From: Sminthopsis crassicaudata
Taxonomy: Eukaryota
Length of the DNA stretch: 64,000 bases
Direction of reading: 5' to 3'
NCBI RefSeq assembly: GCF_048593235.1
Contig: NC_133617.1
Span: 385,520,067 to 385,584,066 of the forward strand
A program made the position numbers and the translations under genes. Shown piece by piece: positions 1-12,845 of the stretch; the first letter of the stretch is position 1, and each line of letters starts with the position of its first letter. The notes beneath the pieces were generated by a model. The model was not told the DNA's origin, did no database searches, and worked only from the letters and a program-made list of their open reading frames with translations.

Positions 1-811
1 GAGTTGGCCTCCCTAGACTTGGATTCAAATCCTACCCCTGACACTGTTGTGTAATTATGAGCTATTCGCTAAATCTTTTGGGACCCTCAGTTTCTTCATC
101 TATAAAATGAGTGGATCAGAGATCTCTGTGGATCAGACTAGATGATCTCTGTGGTGTCTGAGTCTAAATTTCTTAACCTATGATCCTTTGGTTATTCCTA
201 TACAATTAAAACCTTGATTAACCAGGAGAGAAAAATAACCCTAGAAATGTCACTTAACTAGTACTTTTTCCTATAGTTTGATTTCAGGAGAAAGATGGAA
301 ATAATGTCTCTCTCTTCTTCTATGCATATGTCTGCATGTCTTTCTGTATCTTTCTGCTTCTCTTTTTCTCGGTTCCTCTCTCTCCTTCTATAAATATGTT
401 TATGTGGATCTTTCTAACTGTATCCATCACTTTGTCTAGTCTATCTCTGTCTCTCATGTGAAATCTCATTCTCAGTGTCTGTCTCTCTCTCCCAAAGACA
501 CATTCACAGTCAGACATGTAGAAAACCTTTTCTTTAAAAGAGAAAAAAATGAAGCATGTTTTGATCCCAGGCCAGATTCAGCTGAGTACTTCTTGCATCT
601 ACAAAACTGTACCATGAGCATTTACATTCAGCTGGCACTCCAGATAATCATTCAAAAGGGATTCAGTTATGTTCACCAAACTGTGCTCTCATTAAGGCAA
701 GAGTTTATATTAAAACATTTTTTCAGTAAGTTTTTCAGCAAAAACAAAAGATTTTTTCCCTGTATCTCAACTTATAAGAAAACAAAATGAAGGCATCCTA
801 TTGCCCAAGCA

Positions 812-1020
812 TTATACTAGATAGTGCAATGGATAGAGCACTTGGAATTCGAAGATGCAAGTTTCATTTTAACCTCAGACACTTCTTACTAGGAAGTCCG
901 ATCTTGCTGTTTGACTCAGTATCCTCATCTGTAACATGAGCTGGAGAAGGATCTGGCAAACCAATCTAGTATCTTTGCCAAGAAAACATCAGATGATGTC
1001 ATGAGTCCCAAAATGACAAA
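812..1020 (+). mobile_element. MAR1/MIR-core SINE (similar copies at ~10165-10375 +, ~18057-18300 -, ~33880-34150 +, ~48290-48543 -)
   Basis: tRNA-like head, CORE, and RTE-derived tail ctggagaagga..ggcaaacc..tccagtatctttgccaagaaaa. Confidence 0.7.
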
Positions 1021-1133
1021 AAGACAAATATTTAAGTGTGCATCTGCACTTTCCCCATTAAGGCAGCAAAGTGACACATTAGAGTGATGATCAGCAAGAT
1101 AGCACTGAACTTATCAGCTGTCCTCCTCTAGAC

Positions 1134-1256
1134 TTTTTTTTTGCTGAGGCAATTGGGGTCAAGTGACTTTCCTGGGGTCACACAGCTAGGAAGTGTTAAG
1201 TGTCTGAGGCCAGATTTAACTCACTTCAGGGCTGGTGCTTTATCCACTGTGCCCCT
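1134..1256 (-). mobile_element. WSINE1-type SINE, internally shortened
   Basis: ttttgctgaggcaattggggtcaagtgac...tatccactgtgcccc. Confidence 0.8.
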
Positions 1257-4200
1257 GAACTAGTTTCTTAACCTGTCTGCCTCAGTTTCCTTATCTTTTA
1301 AATACTATTATTTAATAGTAGGTTCCTCCCAAGACATGTGAGGAGAAAATGAAATATATTTTTTAAGGGCTTTACCTTAAAACTTGGTAAAAATGCTAGC
1401 TGTTATTATTAATACAGCATTTTTGTTTAACATTTTTTTTATTATAGCCACATTTATAGGGGTAAAAGTTTCATTTTACATAATAGGTGTACACATGTAT
1501 GGCTATATTTAAAGGGTAAAAGCCATCTTTGAACATTCCTAGGATCATTGCATTTTGAACTAAAGGAAATATCTGGCGATTCTGTAGTGCAGCTTCATTT
1601 TAAAGGGAAAGACAGAAGGAACAGAACAGTGAAGAGCTCTCTCCAAATTGATGAAAAGATCTAGGAGGATTCTGCCTCTCAAGCCAAAGCTATGTCCAAT
1701 CCAGAGGAAAAAAATTGACACTATCATTATGCTTTCTTGCTTTCTCCCCTAATAGTAGGTAGAAATGAAATAACAGTTCATGCTTATGCAGAAATTCTAC
1801 AAAGTGCTTTCCTATAGGCCATCCCATTTCAATCCTCAAAAGGTAATTACAGCAGGGGTTTTTCTCTGACTTTACACATAACAGAAGCTAAGGCTTAGAG
1901 AGAAGCAGAGTGACTTCCTCAGGTCACACAGCAATTAGTAGAATCTGGACTCCAACTGAAGTCTTCCAATCCAACTTCAGCTCCTTCCTGCTTCTAATAC
2001 CTCCCAGAGCCTTGTTGTGGTCAATGCATTTGGCCCAGGCTCTCACAAGGTTTGCTACTCTCAAAGCAGGTCTTAAAGTGAGCCCTATTCCCATTCCATT
2101 ATCGTTTCCCATGCTGATCCTAGCTTCCAAACTTGTGGGATTGTGGTAGAAATCATTGACGTTGAAATGCTGAAACAGTGGTCACTTCCAAGCTTCTAAG
2201 AGATCTTCGTTCCAGACACTCCAGATTCCAAGAGCATAATCAGTAGACAAACATTAAGTGCCTAATGTGTGCCAGGCATTAGTTCTTAACTGGAGTTCTT
2301 AACCTGGAGAGGCTGACAATTTAGGGATGGATATATGTATATGCATATATACATATATATGCACCACTTATCAGTATGTACAAAAGAGATATAAGATAAT
2401 TTGGGGGGAATCATCTGGAGGAGGCATGAAAGGTGGTATGGTGATATTCAGGGTAGCAACTCTTATTTCTAAATGATGTGTTTGGAGTTCAGCATCAAAT
2501 GTTGAAATTGATGTAGGCACCAAATGTTGGGGTTTGGTTATATGAATTCAGTGGCCATTCTCTTTGGCAGGAGAAGAGGTCACCAACAAAATGAAGAAAT
2601 ACAATCGACTCCAAGAATGGTAAATATGAAAGAGTTGGGAAGGAAATAAAGAGTTAGCAAGGAAAGGGGTTTTGACAATTTACAATGAAAAAGACAAGTT
2701 TCCTAGTGAAACTCAAAATTAACCAGGGTAAAGGGAATATTCCATGAGGTGGGAGAATGCCTTAACAGGCAGGCTAAATCTATAGAGAAATGTAGCACAC
2801 TAAAAAGAGTTATAAGAAGACACCAGGAGGCATGGGGGAAGAGAAAGACATCTAGAAGCAAAATGCTTGGCAGACTGTTCCAAAAGGGATTCAGCAAAGA
2901 TGGTATGGACCATGGACAGGTTTATCAGGGAAATTTAACCTCCTGGGTTTGACATAATTTGGATTTCTGACTGACAAAGCAAAGTGGGACTACCCACAAT
3001 CTCTACAGAGGGTGGGACAAAAGGTTGAACTGATTCCCATCAGTAAATTCCCCAGCTTGTCTCTGGGAGTAATTTTATCAGTACTTAATAGCTTCTCTCT
3101 GTCAACCCTACCTAGTAACCCAGGACCTCATCAATGGCATGTGAGCTGAACCTTTGAGGGACCCCTGGTTTTGTTACCTTTCTTTGATGGATTGTGGGAC
3201 TCAAAATGTTGGGAATCCAGGCCCAAGCGTCTTAAAAGAATTTGTAGGCTTAAGTGTCAACTCAATAGGCAAAATTTTAATATGCTATAGGCAGCAGGCT
3301 AAGTTCCAAAAAGGAGTTAGTGATTAACAAAGGGGAAAGGGGAAGGGGTTAAATTCCATAGTGAAACTAGAAATTACCAAAGAATCAGATGCCATAAAAT
3401 GGGCTTAGTTCTTAATGAACTCAGCTACCATTTGGCTGCTAAATTCCTACTGAATCTGCTATTAAGAAGTTTAGTAAGCAGTAATGTTGTTTAAAGTATT
3501 GGAAATTAACAAAGGGAAGGGAGGGCCTTATATAGTAAATATGCCAATGGTTGACATCTATAGCTGGACCTGACCCACTTAGGGACAAGATAATCCTGTC
3601 ACTGCCCCTCACTATTTGTTTGCCTCAGAATGTAGTTTGAGCTTTCCATTGTATACTTAGGAACCACTGCAACTACTCAGTTAATTCAACAAAGGCCTTC
3701 TCCTGTCAGGGCGCCTCCCTGTGTCCCATGCTAGAATCTTATTCACACCATCATCTTAATCACAGGTGACTAGTGGAACCAGGGAATTTTCACTTTTTTT
3801 TTTTAAGTGTGTTTAAATTCAGGTGAACTGAAGTCTCTGATGGTTAGAAGGTTCCAAGTTTCAAATTTTTATGGCAGGATTAGAGCATTTTACAATCAGC
3901 TCACAATAAAATACTGCCTCCCCAAATCTCATTCCCCCAATTGCAAGATCAGACCAATGTTGCTATGCTCAGGGTCACACGGTTGTCCCCTACACCAACT
4001 AACGTTTGAGTCAGGTGAAACACAAAGCTGGCACTTGCAAGTCCTAGACACCAAAGCCAGGTTTCTCTGAGATTGGCTGCAGCTGAGAAGAAATAAACCC
4101 ATCATCTCTTGCTGGAAAAAACCTTCATTCAAGGTTCCGAGCAGTTTCCTAATTGAAGAGTTAGGGTGCTTCCTTGCTTGGTCTTTGCTGTGGAGATGGA

Positions 4201-5465
4201 ATTGCAAGGGGGAGACTGAGGCCTCTTCAGCTCTTCGTGACTTTTTTAAACCTTGTTTAATGACATCATTCTCAGATTATCTGCTTTTTAAAGACTTGAA
4301 CTAATTTTTCATTGGTACTCCTTTGCCACTCAGCATCCAGTCACCAAGGCCTGTTGATTAGGAAACGTAGTGAGTGTGGTCAGCTTGCTGGCTTGGCCCC
4401 AGCCTGGAAGCGGGAGCTGCGGGGAGGCAGATGTTGATGGCATACAATTCCTAGACAAAATGTGGCAGTAGCCGAAGTCCACTTGGCCTTGGGGGGAGCT
4501 GTAATTCCACAGGTAATGCTGGCTGCCAGATAATGGTCTGTTGGCCAGTGAGGGTTTCCAAGACAAATGGCAAGTTACATGCCAGACTACTCTTCAGTTT
4601 TTGTTAGGGTATGGGACCCTGCTAAGAGGGAGTACTGAGGCCACCTCGACCTTTGGGGCACAATAAGTTTTCTGCCACGTTACAAAAACGCCCTTGTTGA
4701 GCAAGGAGCAATTTGTGATCGGGAATGAGTAAGCACAGGATCACAGCCAGTGGCAATATGAGCAGGGATGCCTGAAAGGGCCTCTTGCCTGTTAGTGAGC
4801 TGCTGAATTACTGGATTGTCTTTCCTCCCATTGGCAGATATCATACATACTGCTTCTCTGAATGGTGACTGGGGATTATCTACTATTCATGTGCTGATTA
4901 CACTTGCAAAAATGTATTTACACAAGGCTGTACAGCATAATAAACTGGAGCTCTTTTCACACTCTGAGTCTCCTGCCTCATTCACCTTGCCTCTGAGATC
5001 AAAGGGCTCATATGCCATGAGTTCTTAAAGAACACAACTGGCGCCTGGATAGGTACTTAGAATGGTGCCAGAGTGACCACTTCATGGTCAAGCATTGCTA
5101 CATGGTCAAGACAACCTCTAAGAGGCCTCCAGAAGGAGAGCCCACCGAACTGCGCTGTTTCCGGACCAGGCAGAGTGCAGTGGAGAGCAGTTAAGTAGCC
5201 TAATGGGGCAGAAAAATAGGCACACTACTCCCTTCAGATAGGGAAGCGTATGTCAGGACTATATATACATGTTTAAAAGAGGAGAGGTGCACAGTTCACT
5301 TAGGCAACATTAGGAAATTCCTGGACATTGCTTACAAAATTTCTCCATAGTTATCTGAGGTGGGCTGTTATAAGAGATGGATTGTTTTTGGTGAACAGCT
5401 CACCACCTTTGACAGTGTCCAGGAAAAATACAAAATAATCAAGTAGGGACAGATATAAATCAGGA

Positions 5466-6176
5466 ATGGAGGAACAGGTATGCAGTTTTAGACATCAAGG
5501 GACAATCACAGTAATGAAACTCAGGAGCAATAATTATTACCACCTATCCCCTCATGCTGTTTGTGAAGTGCCCATTCAACAGTATCAAAGAGGAAAACAA
5601 CTAAAAATCCTTGTTATAAATCCTCCACTACCCCACTATTCATTCGTTATCCCAGTCATACAAATATATGAGGAAGTGCCTGTGTCTGTAACTACGATTA
5701 ACACTGACAATATTGAAACATCTCTTAACAAGGGACAATGTATAGCTCAAGGAATAGTCATTCCATCTGAACTTACAGGTAAAACAGAAGATAAATGTGA
5801 ATTAGCCACACAGATGGATCCAAATTCAGAAGCTGTTGTACAAATATATTTTACAAAGGCTATTACACTCATTTGGTCAATACTAACCATTACTTTGAAT
5901 AACCAACAGTTTGAAGGATTAATAGACACTGGAGCTGACAGGACTGTGGTGGCTGCTTCTCAGCGGCCTCCTTGATGGCCTGTGTCTTCAGCTAACCATA
6001 GAGTGGCAGGGGTAGGAGGCAGTAAGGAGGCATTGATGTCCATTGAACCACTAAATTAGCAAAAAGATGGAAAGACAGAACCATTTTTCCTTTAATAATA
6101 GGTGGCTTAAATATTAACTTATGGGGTAGGAATATATTACATCAATTAGGGATGAAATATCACCACAGATTTTTAG
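5466..6176 (+). pseudogene. Degenerate dUTPase plus aspartic protease (pro) of old ERV
   Basis: GQCIAQGIVIP (dUTPase motif-4-like), FEGLIDTGADRTV (protease active site) and INLWGRNILHQLG. In-frame stop at 5973-5975. Confidence 0.85.
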
Positions 6177-7250
6177 GAGGGGTCATAGCTGCTGTGGCTT
6201 CCACTGTTCTAAAAATGACTTAGATTACCAACACACCAATATGGGTGGAGCAATGGGCCCTATCCAAAGAGAAAGCAGCTGTTTTATATCAATTAGTACA
6301 AGAACAATTAGAATTAGGACATATTGAGAAAACAAAAAGTCCATGGAAAATATCTTGTAAATAGAGAATGTTAATAGATTTGAGACAAATAAACTCAGTC
6401 TTGAAAGACATAGGTTCTTTACAGGCAGGTTGCTATCCCCAAACATGATCCCCAGGGAATGGCCCTTATGGATAATAGATATTAAAGGATTGCTATTACT
6501 CTATCCTTCTTCACTCTTGAGGACAGGGATTAATTTGCTTTCTCAGTATCAACATATAATTCTCAAAGACCTGTAGGGCTGGGGACTAAACCCAGAGGTA
6601 TATGTTATATGGCAAATGGATATTACACATAAGGGAAAAACATGCATACAGTTACTAATTCAGGCTTTGTAGCTGCATCCTCTCAATAAGGGAAAGCTGC
6701 TTCACATGTAGTAAATCACTTATTTCACTGTTTGGGACCCTCATACATTTCAAAAATAAAAACAGTTCTTATAGTAATTCTCCATGCATCATACTTCATA
6801 TTCCTTACAACCTTACAGTACAGACCATGGTAGAAAGAACTAATCAGACCCTGAAGAGATTCATCAAAAAAAAAAAGAAAAAAAAAAAGAGGGAGATGGA
6901 GGTAGGGTCACTCAGAAAGATATAGATAAAGCAGTGTACACAATAAATTACTTAAAATGTGATCCAAATTATTTAAGTCCAGCTATGAAATACTCTCTGG
7001 TGAAAATAGAGAATTAATAAAAACACCACATTTTTCTTAAGAAGACTCCCTAAGAACGAGACCATAGTAATGAAAAAAGGTCCTGAAGGATGGGAGGGAC
7101 CCTATAGGGTTCTAATATGGGGGCCAGAATATGCTTGTATCTCCACAGGAGAAAACCATCAGCAATGGATTCCCACTAGACATCTCAAAGTTGTCTATAA
7201 ACCAGGAGAGGAAAAGAAGGAAGAAAAGGCAATGTTACTTGTTGATTAGT
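6177..7250 (+). pseudogene. pol remnant of old ERV: RT N-terminus fused by deletion (~6575) to integrase
   Basis: PIWVEQW, LIDLRQIN and IIDIK (RT), then WQMDYTH, VERTNQTLK and WGPEYACIS..WIPTRH (IN). Most of RT and RNase H are missing; frameshifts are present. Confidence 0.8.
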
Positions 7251-8168
7251 TAGTTACAAGTTGATTGCTTGGATACTGAAATTGAAAACCAGACTGTATT
7301 TGAGATCACTAGAGCTCATATATCAATGTTTTATGTCAAAAGTGAGAAACAGACCTTAATCCCATTAGAAAAAGAATTATTATTGGAAATAGGAGCCTAA
7401 GTAGAGTTATTGAAACCGCAGGCTCAATTTCAATGTGAACCAGATAAAATTGCTGAAAAAAATCAGACATTGGTTTGATAATACCTGTTCATGGTGGTTA
7501 AAACGTGTGTGATTACGTTGTTACTGCTTTGTCACAAAACATCCTGGGAAGTTTACAGGATTGTAAACTGAGGTTGAGAAAGGTCAAGTAATTTCTCCAG
7601 TCACACAGGAAAAAAGTTGAGGTAGGACTGAACCTGAGATCTTCTCCCTTAACCCTACTATCTGATAGATCAAATGAATTTTTAAATATTCTTTTTAAAA
7701 TATCAACTTAACAATTACTAATAGACACATATAGATACATAAAGAAAAAAAGGAAATCATGAACCGTTAAGAGTTTATTTAAAGTGCATAATACATTTTA
7801 ATAATGTAGTAACAAAATTGCCCTGCATCTTTGGTGAATCTTTGGTTTTCTTTTGTATATTTAAAAAAAAAAAATCTGCATTTAAAAAAAGTTTTATTGA
7901 ATGCATTTGTAATATTTAAAAACTCTTTAAGCCCTGTGGGGAATATAAATTTGAATAACATTAGCAACTTCATAGCCTTGTAGGAGGCTGGTATATTCAA
8001 AGAAATATAAAAAGAATGTGGTATAAGATTAACATAATACAGGGGTTATTAATCTCAAATCTAAGTTTATTTCCTTGAACTTTTGATAAATTTTGATAAC
8101 TGTATTTCCATTAAATTGGTATCTCTTATAATCCTATGTATTTAATTTTATCCATTTAAAAATGTAAG

Positions 8169-8516
8169 TGTGTGGGACAGCAACCATGAACCCAAAAGAA
8201 TTCAAATAGATGTTTCTCAGAGTCAGAGCAGAAAGCAGTTTATTCAGTTCCTGCAGGCAAAGTTCTTGTGTAGTGAGGCAAAGGACAGGCAACAAAGCAA
8301 GATTTTTCATACCCTAAAACAACTTTACCCCATCTTGGACCCTGGTTATCCCTGACTTAGTATTATGGCTCACAATCTGTCATGGGGAACCCTTCCACCC
8401 AAAGCAGTTTATGCAAGATTAATAAGGGTACAAGATGCTAGGAGAGGATCCTGGGACTGTAGTACTAAACTCTTGCATGGGTCATATTTCTGAGAAGGCC
8501 TCACGTTCATCCCACT
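8169..8516 (-). mobile_element. Probable solo LTR
   Basis: Inverted ends TGTGGGA / TCCCAC, minus-strand AATAAA near 8240, flanks TGTAAG / TATAAG. Lies next to an ancient hAT-MITE-like fragment (8040-8165). Confidence 0.5.
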
Positions 8517-9419
8517 TATAAGGAATCCAAAGGACATCTAAAGAGTTCATAGTTAAGATTCTCTGTCTTACAAGAATTTAGAGAAGGGATAGATACATCA
8601 TTTCTATCAGAGACATCTGAAAAAGCTTCCTGGAAAGAGGTGACTTTTGAGGATGACTGGGCCTTTTTTGTTTTGTTTGTTTTTACTATGGTGTGTCTAC
8701 TGCATAGGTACTTCTTTAGTCTGGCTGTCTGAGACAGGACATATCCTCCTTGTTACAAGCCACCTGTGGGGAGGCCAGCTTACTAAGCTTAGCTTAAATA
8801 CAAATACATTGTTTCTATGATGTGAATTTCTGAACATAGTAGTCTCCTTTTAATCAACCAAACGGTTTTACTCTCTGGGAATAGAAAAGGAGGTATTGCC
8901 AGTTAGGTGGCTCAATGGATAGAGCCTTGGCCTGGAGTCAGAAGTTGATATTATTCAGTTTGTTCTGACTATCTAAGAGTCAATTTGAAATTTTCTAGGT
9001 AAAGAGACTTAAGTGGTTTGCCATTTCCTTCTCCAGCTCATTTTACATATGTAGAAATGAAGACAAACTGAATTAAGTCACTTGCTTAGGGTCAACTGAT
9101 TCAGAAGTATCTGAGGCCACATTTGAACTCAGATCTTCTTGACTCCAGGCCCAGAGCTCCATCCACTGTGCCACCTAACAGATCAGAAGACCCGAGTTGA
9201 AATGGGGTCTCAGCTATTTACTCTCTGTCTGAGCCTAGGAAAGTCACTTAAAAGTTTGCTTTAGTTTCCTCAAGCATAGAATGGGTAATAATAAACCCTA
9301 CCTCATAAGGTTGCTGTGATGATCAAATGAAACAGTACAATGCTTGTTATACATAATAGGAAATATATAATTTTCTTCTTCCTTGCTACTCCCATACCCC
9401 TCTTTTTTTCTCCCTCTAA

Positions 9420-9459
<40 letters not shown>

Positions 9460-10377
9460 ACTTTTAGGCTTTTATCTCTGAAGGCTTTAATCTACTGAAG
9501 CTTCTATTGAAATAGGATGGCATTTATAGGCCAGTTTATAATATGGACAGGATTGTGATAAGCAAAGAGGATGGTGGAAAAAGACAGGGGAGACAAAGAT
9601 GACTGGTAAAGGAAAAAATGTAAATGTTTTAATTTGGATGGAACACCATATGTTAGCCATAGACTGATGCGGAAACTGAGTTTTTAGTAAAATCATGGAA
9701 AGTCTGTCTGAGGAGTCTGGACTTCATTCATCACATTTTGGAGAACCCCTGAAGGTTCTTGGAAAGATCAATAGTGTGCTCTGAGCTGTATCTCGGAGAA
9801 ATGAGTCTGGTGGTCCCATGCAGGCTACATTAGTGTTAAGCAACTAGAAAGAATCTGTTTAGGTACTCATGACAGACAGGAAACTATTTCATAGGGCTTA
9901 TTTATGGTTAAATTGATTAAGAAGTAGAGATCAGAAAAGAAAATGAGAAAGCAACAAGACTGGGAAGGCTGGGAATGGAAGGTGTAGTGAATGTTGATCA
10001 TTGATAGACCAGATGAAGTCAAAATGTTTATATATCTTTGGCATTAACTTGGAACCCTTGTAAGGAAAAGAGATCTCTTTGAAGCAAATGGCAGATACAG
10101 ATTTTTCCCCTTATACTCATGAAGACCAGCACATAAAAGAGTTTTCTTTATATCTATAAAAGGCACCTACGTGGCACAGTTATTAGACTACACAGTCTGG
10201 AGTCAGGAAGATTCATCTTTGTAAATGCAAATATGACTTCAGACACTAGCTGTGTGACCCTGGGCAAGTCACTTACATTTGTCTCATTTTACTGATCTAT
10301 AAAATAAGCTGGAGAAGGAAAGGGCAAACAACTCCAGTATATTTGCCAAGAAAATCCCAAATGGGATTATGAAAGGT

Positions 10378-11059
10378 TGTAAAGAGGGCACCCCAAAACA
10401 CTGAAAATCCTTGAAGAAAAAAATCTCCTTCAACTCTGCCTCAGTGAGGGATTTTGCCCCAAGGGACAAACAGCTTCATCCTTGTTATCTGGGTGGGGTG
10501 GGCTCAGTCCTAAAACTCACTGAATTCAATTCAAATTCCAGCTCAAGCTGAAACCCAGAGAGGAGCCAATTTAGGACTTCACCCATGGGCCCCCTTTAGC
10601 TAAATCTCTCATTATGAAAAGAGCCAAACTAAAATCCTCTCTTTGCAGAGGTTCTAAGCATGCCATGCTATGCCATGCTAGGCTATTCCATGAAAAGCTC
10701 TGTCCATTGGAATATTCTTTTACAGTGTCACCCTCTATTTACCCTCACCTATTTCCCTAACGAGACTTTATGCCTCTCTGTCAGGATTTCTAACCTTACT
10801 TCTCAATCCCTATAATTAAACCTCTTTTATCAATTTAGGTTTTTGGGTCTGTAAATTCTTTTACACAGAACCTCTGCGCCACCAGAAGGGAGTCCCCAAA
10901 ACTCCCTACCCTTGTGCCAAATCCCAAAGGGTTGAAGGGGAGCCAAACCTCTCCATTTGGTTCCCTGAACCCCAAACCTGCCACTAGACCTTATCATTTA
11001 ACTCCCTGATCACCAGAAACCCTAATCTCATTTTGGTTCCCTAAATCTAAACCTCATCA
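10378..11059 (+). mobile_element. Probable solo LTR (~680 bp) interrupting the tail of a MAR1 SINE
   Basis: TG...CA ends and ATTAAA near 10814. The SINE tail resumes (gttggacat...aacaacaacaa) after 11059. TSD not clean. Confidence 0.6.
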
Positions 11060-11590
11060 GTTGGACATAAATGAAAGGATGGAACAACAACAAATTATAT
11101 CTTTAATGGAACATTTAAGAAGATGAATAACTAGACATATGTGGTGAGGAAGATATTTGCTAAATACAAATGGGAGGAAGGAATAATGACTGATTGTGAG
11201 GCCAGGACAATTTTCTTGAGGTTATATATAGGAAAGCAGGCCCTTAAAGAAAAACCTAAAGATTTCTTTTAATTTTGAGTTTCTTATTAGAAAAAAATTT
11301 AAGTGCCTAAGAAGAGAGTTGAACTTTGGAGATAAAAGTATAAAAGCAAAAGCCCTTACATTTTACCCTCTTAGGACTGTTTTATTTTTACTTTATAAAA
11401 TTTAATTATTTAATATTTTTCCCAAGTTACATTCAAAACACAAAAAATTGTTTAATTTGCTTTTAATTTTTTTTGAGTTCTATATTCTCTTCCTTATCTC
11501 CCCTCACAATAAAGAAATCACTTGTGAAGATATGCAAAATATTTTCATAAAGTCAAGATGTGAAAAAATAATAGATCTCCTACCCCCCTC

Positions 11591-11770
11591 NNNNNNNNNN
11601 NNNNNNNNNNNNNNNNNNNNNNNNNNNNNNNNNNNNNNNNNNNNNNNNNNNNNNNNNNNNNNNNNNNNNNNNNNNNNNNNNNNNNNNNNNNNNNNNNNNN
11701 NNNNNNNNNNNNNNNNNNNNNNNNNNNNNNNNNNNNNNNNNNNNNNNNNNNNNNNNNNNNNNNNNNNNNN
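11591..11770. other. Assembly gap (180 N)
   Basis: Run of N. Confidence 1.
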
Positions 11771-11900
11771 GGCATAATCAGTTTCTTCTCTGCATATGGA
11801 CAGGGTTTTTCATCATAAGTCCTTCAGAGTGGTTGAGGATGATTGTATAGCAAAGTCATTCACAGCTAGTCATCCCAGAACATTGCTATTACTTTGTATA

Positions 11901-12376
11901 TGATGAGAGCGAAACCAGACAGTCCAGTAAAGTTATGTAAAATCACCAACAAAATGTTATACAAACTTACATTCTCTGGAGAAGAACTTCTTTCTTATAC
12001 AAACTGGCCCCCACATCCTCTGGAAGCAGGAAGACCTTTTCAGATACAAACTTAAGTAGTCTTGCCTATCCTGTTCTATTATTCAGTTTCTGTACAAAGT
12101 TTTCAGATTATGTTTCTTTGCGATATTACTTCTCTCTTTTTTTTTTTTTTTTTTTTTTAAATTTTAGGCTGGGGTTAAGTGACTTGCCCAGGGTCACACA
12201 TCTAGGAAGTGTTAAGTGTCTGAGATCATATTTGAACTCGGGTCCTCCTGAATTCAAGGCTGGTGCTCTATCCACTGCGCCACCTAGCTGCCCCCTAATA
12301 TTACTTCTCTCTTAAAGGTAACATTGCCACAAGATTTTGTGGCATCTTTTCCTAACCAATAAAGCCTTTCTTATCA
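11901..12376 (+). mobile_element. Possible LTR fragment (carries the 12138 SINE)
   Basis: TGATGAGA...TCTTATCA inverted ends, atacaaact x3, AATAAA near the 3' end. No TSD. Confidence 0.3.
12138..12297 (-). mobile_element. WSINE1-type marsupial SINE with TSD
   Basis: polyT followed by ggggttaagtgacttgcccagggtcacac...ccacctagctgcccc. 15-bp TSD ATATTACTTCTCTCT at 12123-12137 and 12298-12312. Confidence 0.88.
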
Positions 12377-12390
12377 CAGCTTTGAATTAT

Positions 12391-12808
12391 TAAATCTTAT
12401 TAAATCCTTATAACTTTCCTGGTTATCTCCTTATGCTTCTCCTGAGTCCTGTATTTGAAAATCAAATTTTCTATTAAGTTCTGGTCTTTTCATCGAGAAT
12501 GCTTGAAAATCCGCTGTTTCATTGAATGAACACCTTTTCCTCTGAAGGATTATACTTTCGCTATGGACTGGTCCATAGGACTTTGGAGGGAGAAGGACCG
12601 AAGATCCATCCCTGCCCTATATCACACTTCATCATATATAGTACATTTCATTTTCCTTGAGTTCATGGAGGACTTTCCAGGTTTTATTTTATTTTTTGTT
12701 TTTCCTAAGAGTATCCTGCTCATTTCTCATAGGACAATAATATTCCATCATAAACACACATCACAGTTTATTGAGCCATTTCTCAATTGATGGACATCCT
12801 CTCAAGTT

Positions 12809-12845
<37 letters not shown>

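Larger units (their letters stand above)
4602..7540 (+). mobile_element. Old, multiply deleted betaretroviral ERV (5' LTR, gag start, dUTPase-protease, RT N-terminus, integrase); no 3' LTR seen
   Basis: LTR TGTTAGG...AACACA (4602-5036) with AATAAA. Lys(UUU)-like PBS TGGCGCCTGGATAGGTAC (5039-5056, 14/18). gag ATG GGG CAG at 5203, then pro and pol remnants with many stops. 3' boundary approximate. Confidence 0.85.

Noticed and set aside
2400-3700. Possible ancient LINE endonuclease or retroviral pol remnant (e.g. SGKFNLLG resembling GDFN)
   Set aside because: The similarity is too faint to assign by eye and needs a Dfam or tBLASTn search.
1-4600. 3' end of the expected convergent neighbour GOLPH3
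   Set aside because: No GOLPH3-like coding sequence is recognisable in the window; it is presumably further left.
4602-7540. Old ERV as the helper supplying protease/RT/IN to the gag-only element
   Set aside because: Its pro and pol are riddled with stops and deletions, and its LTR and PBS differ.
11448-11777. ORFs spanning N runs (also 34970-35335 and 35043-35234)
   Set aside because: Artefacts of assembly gaps.
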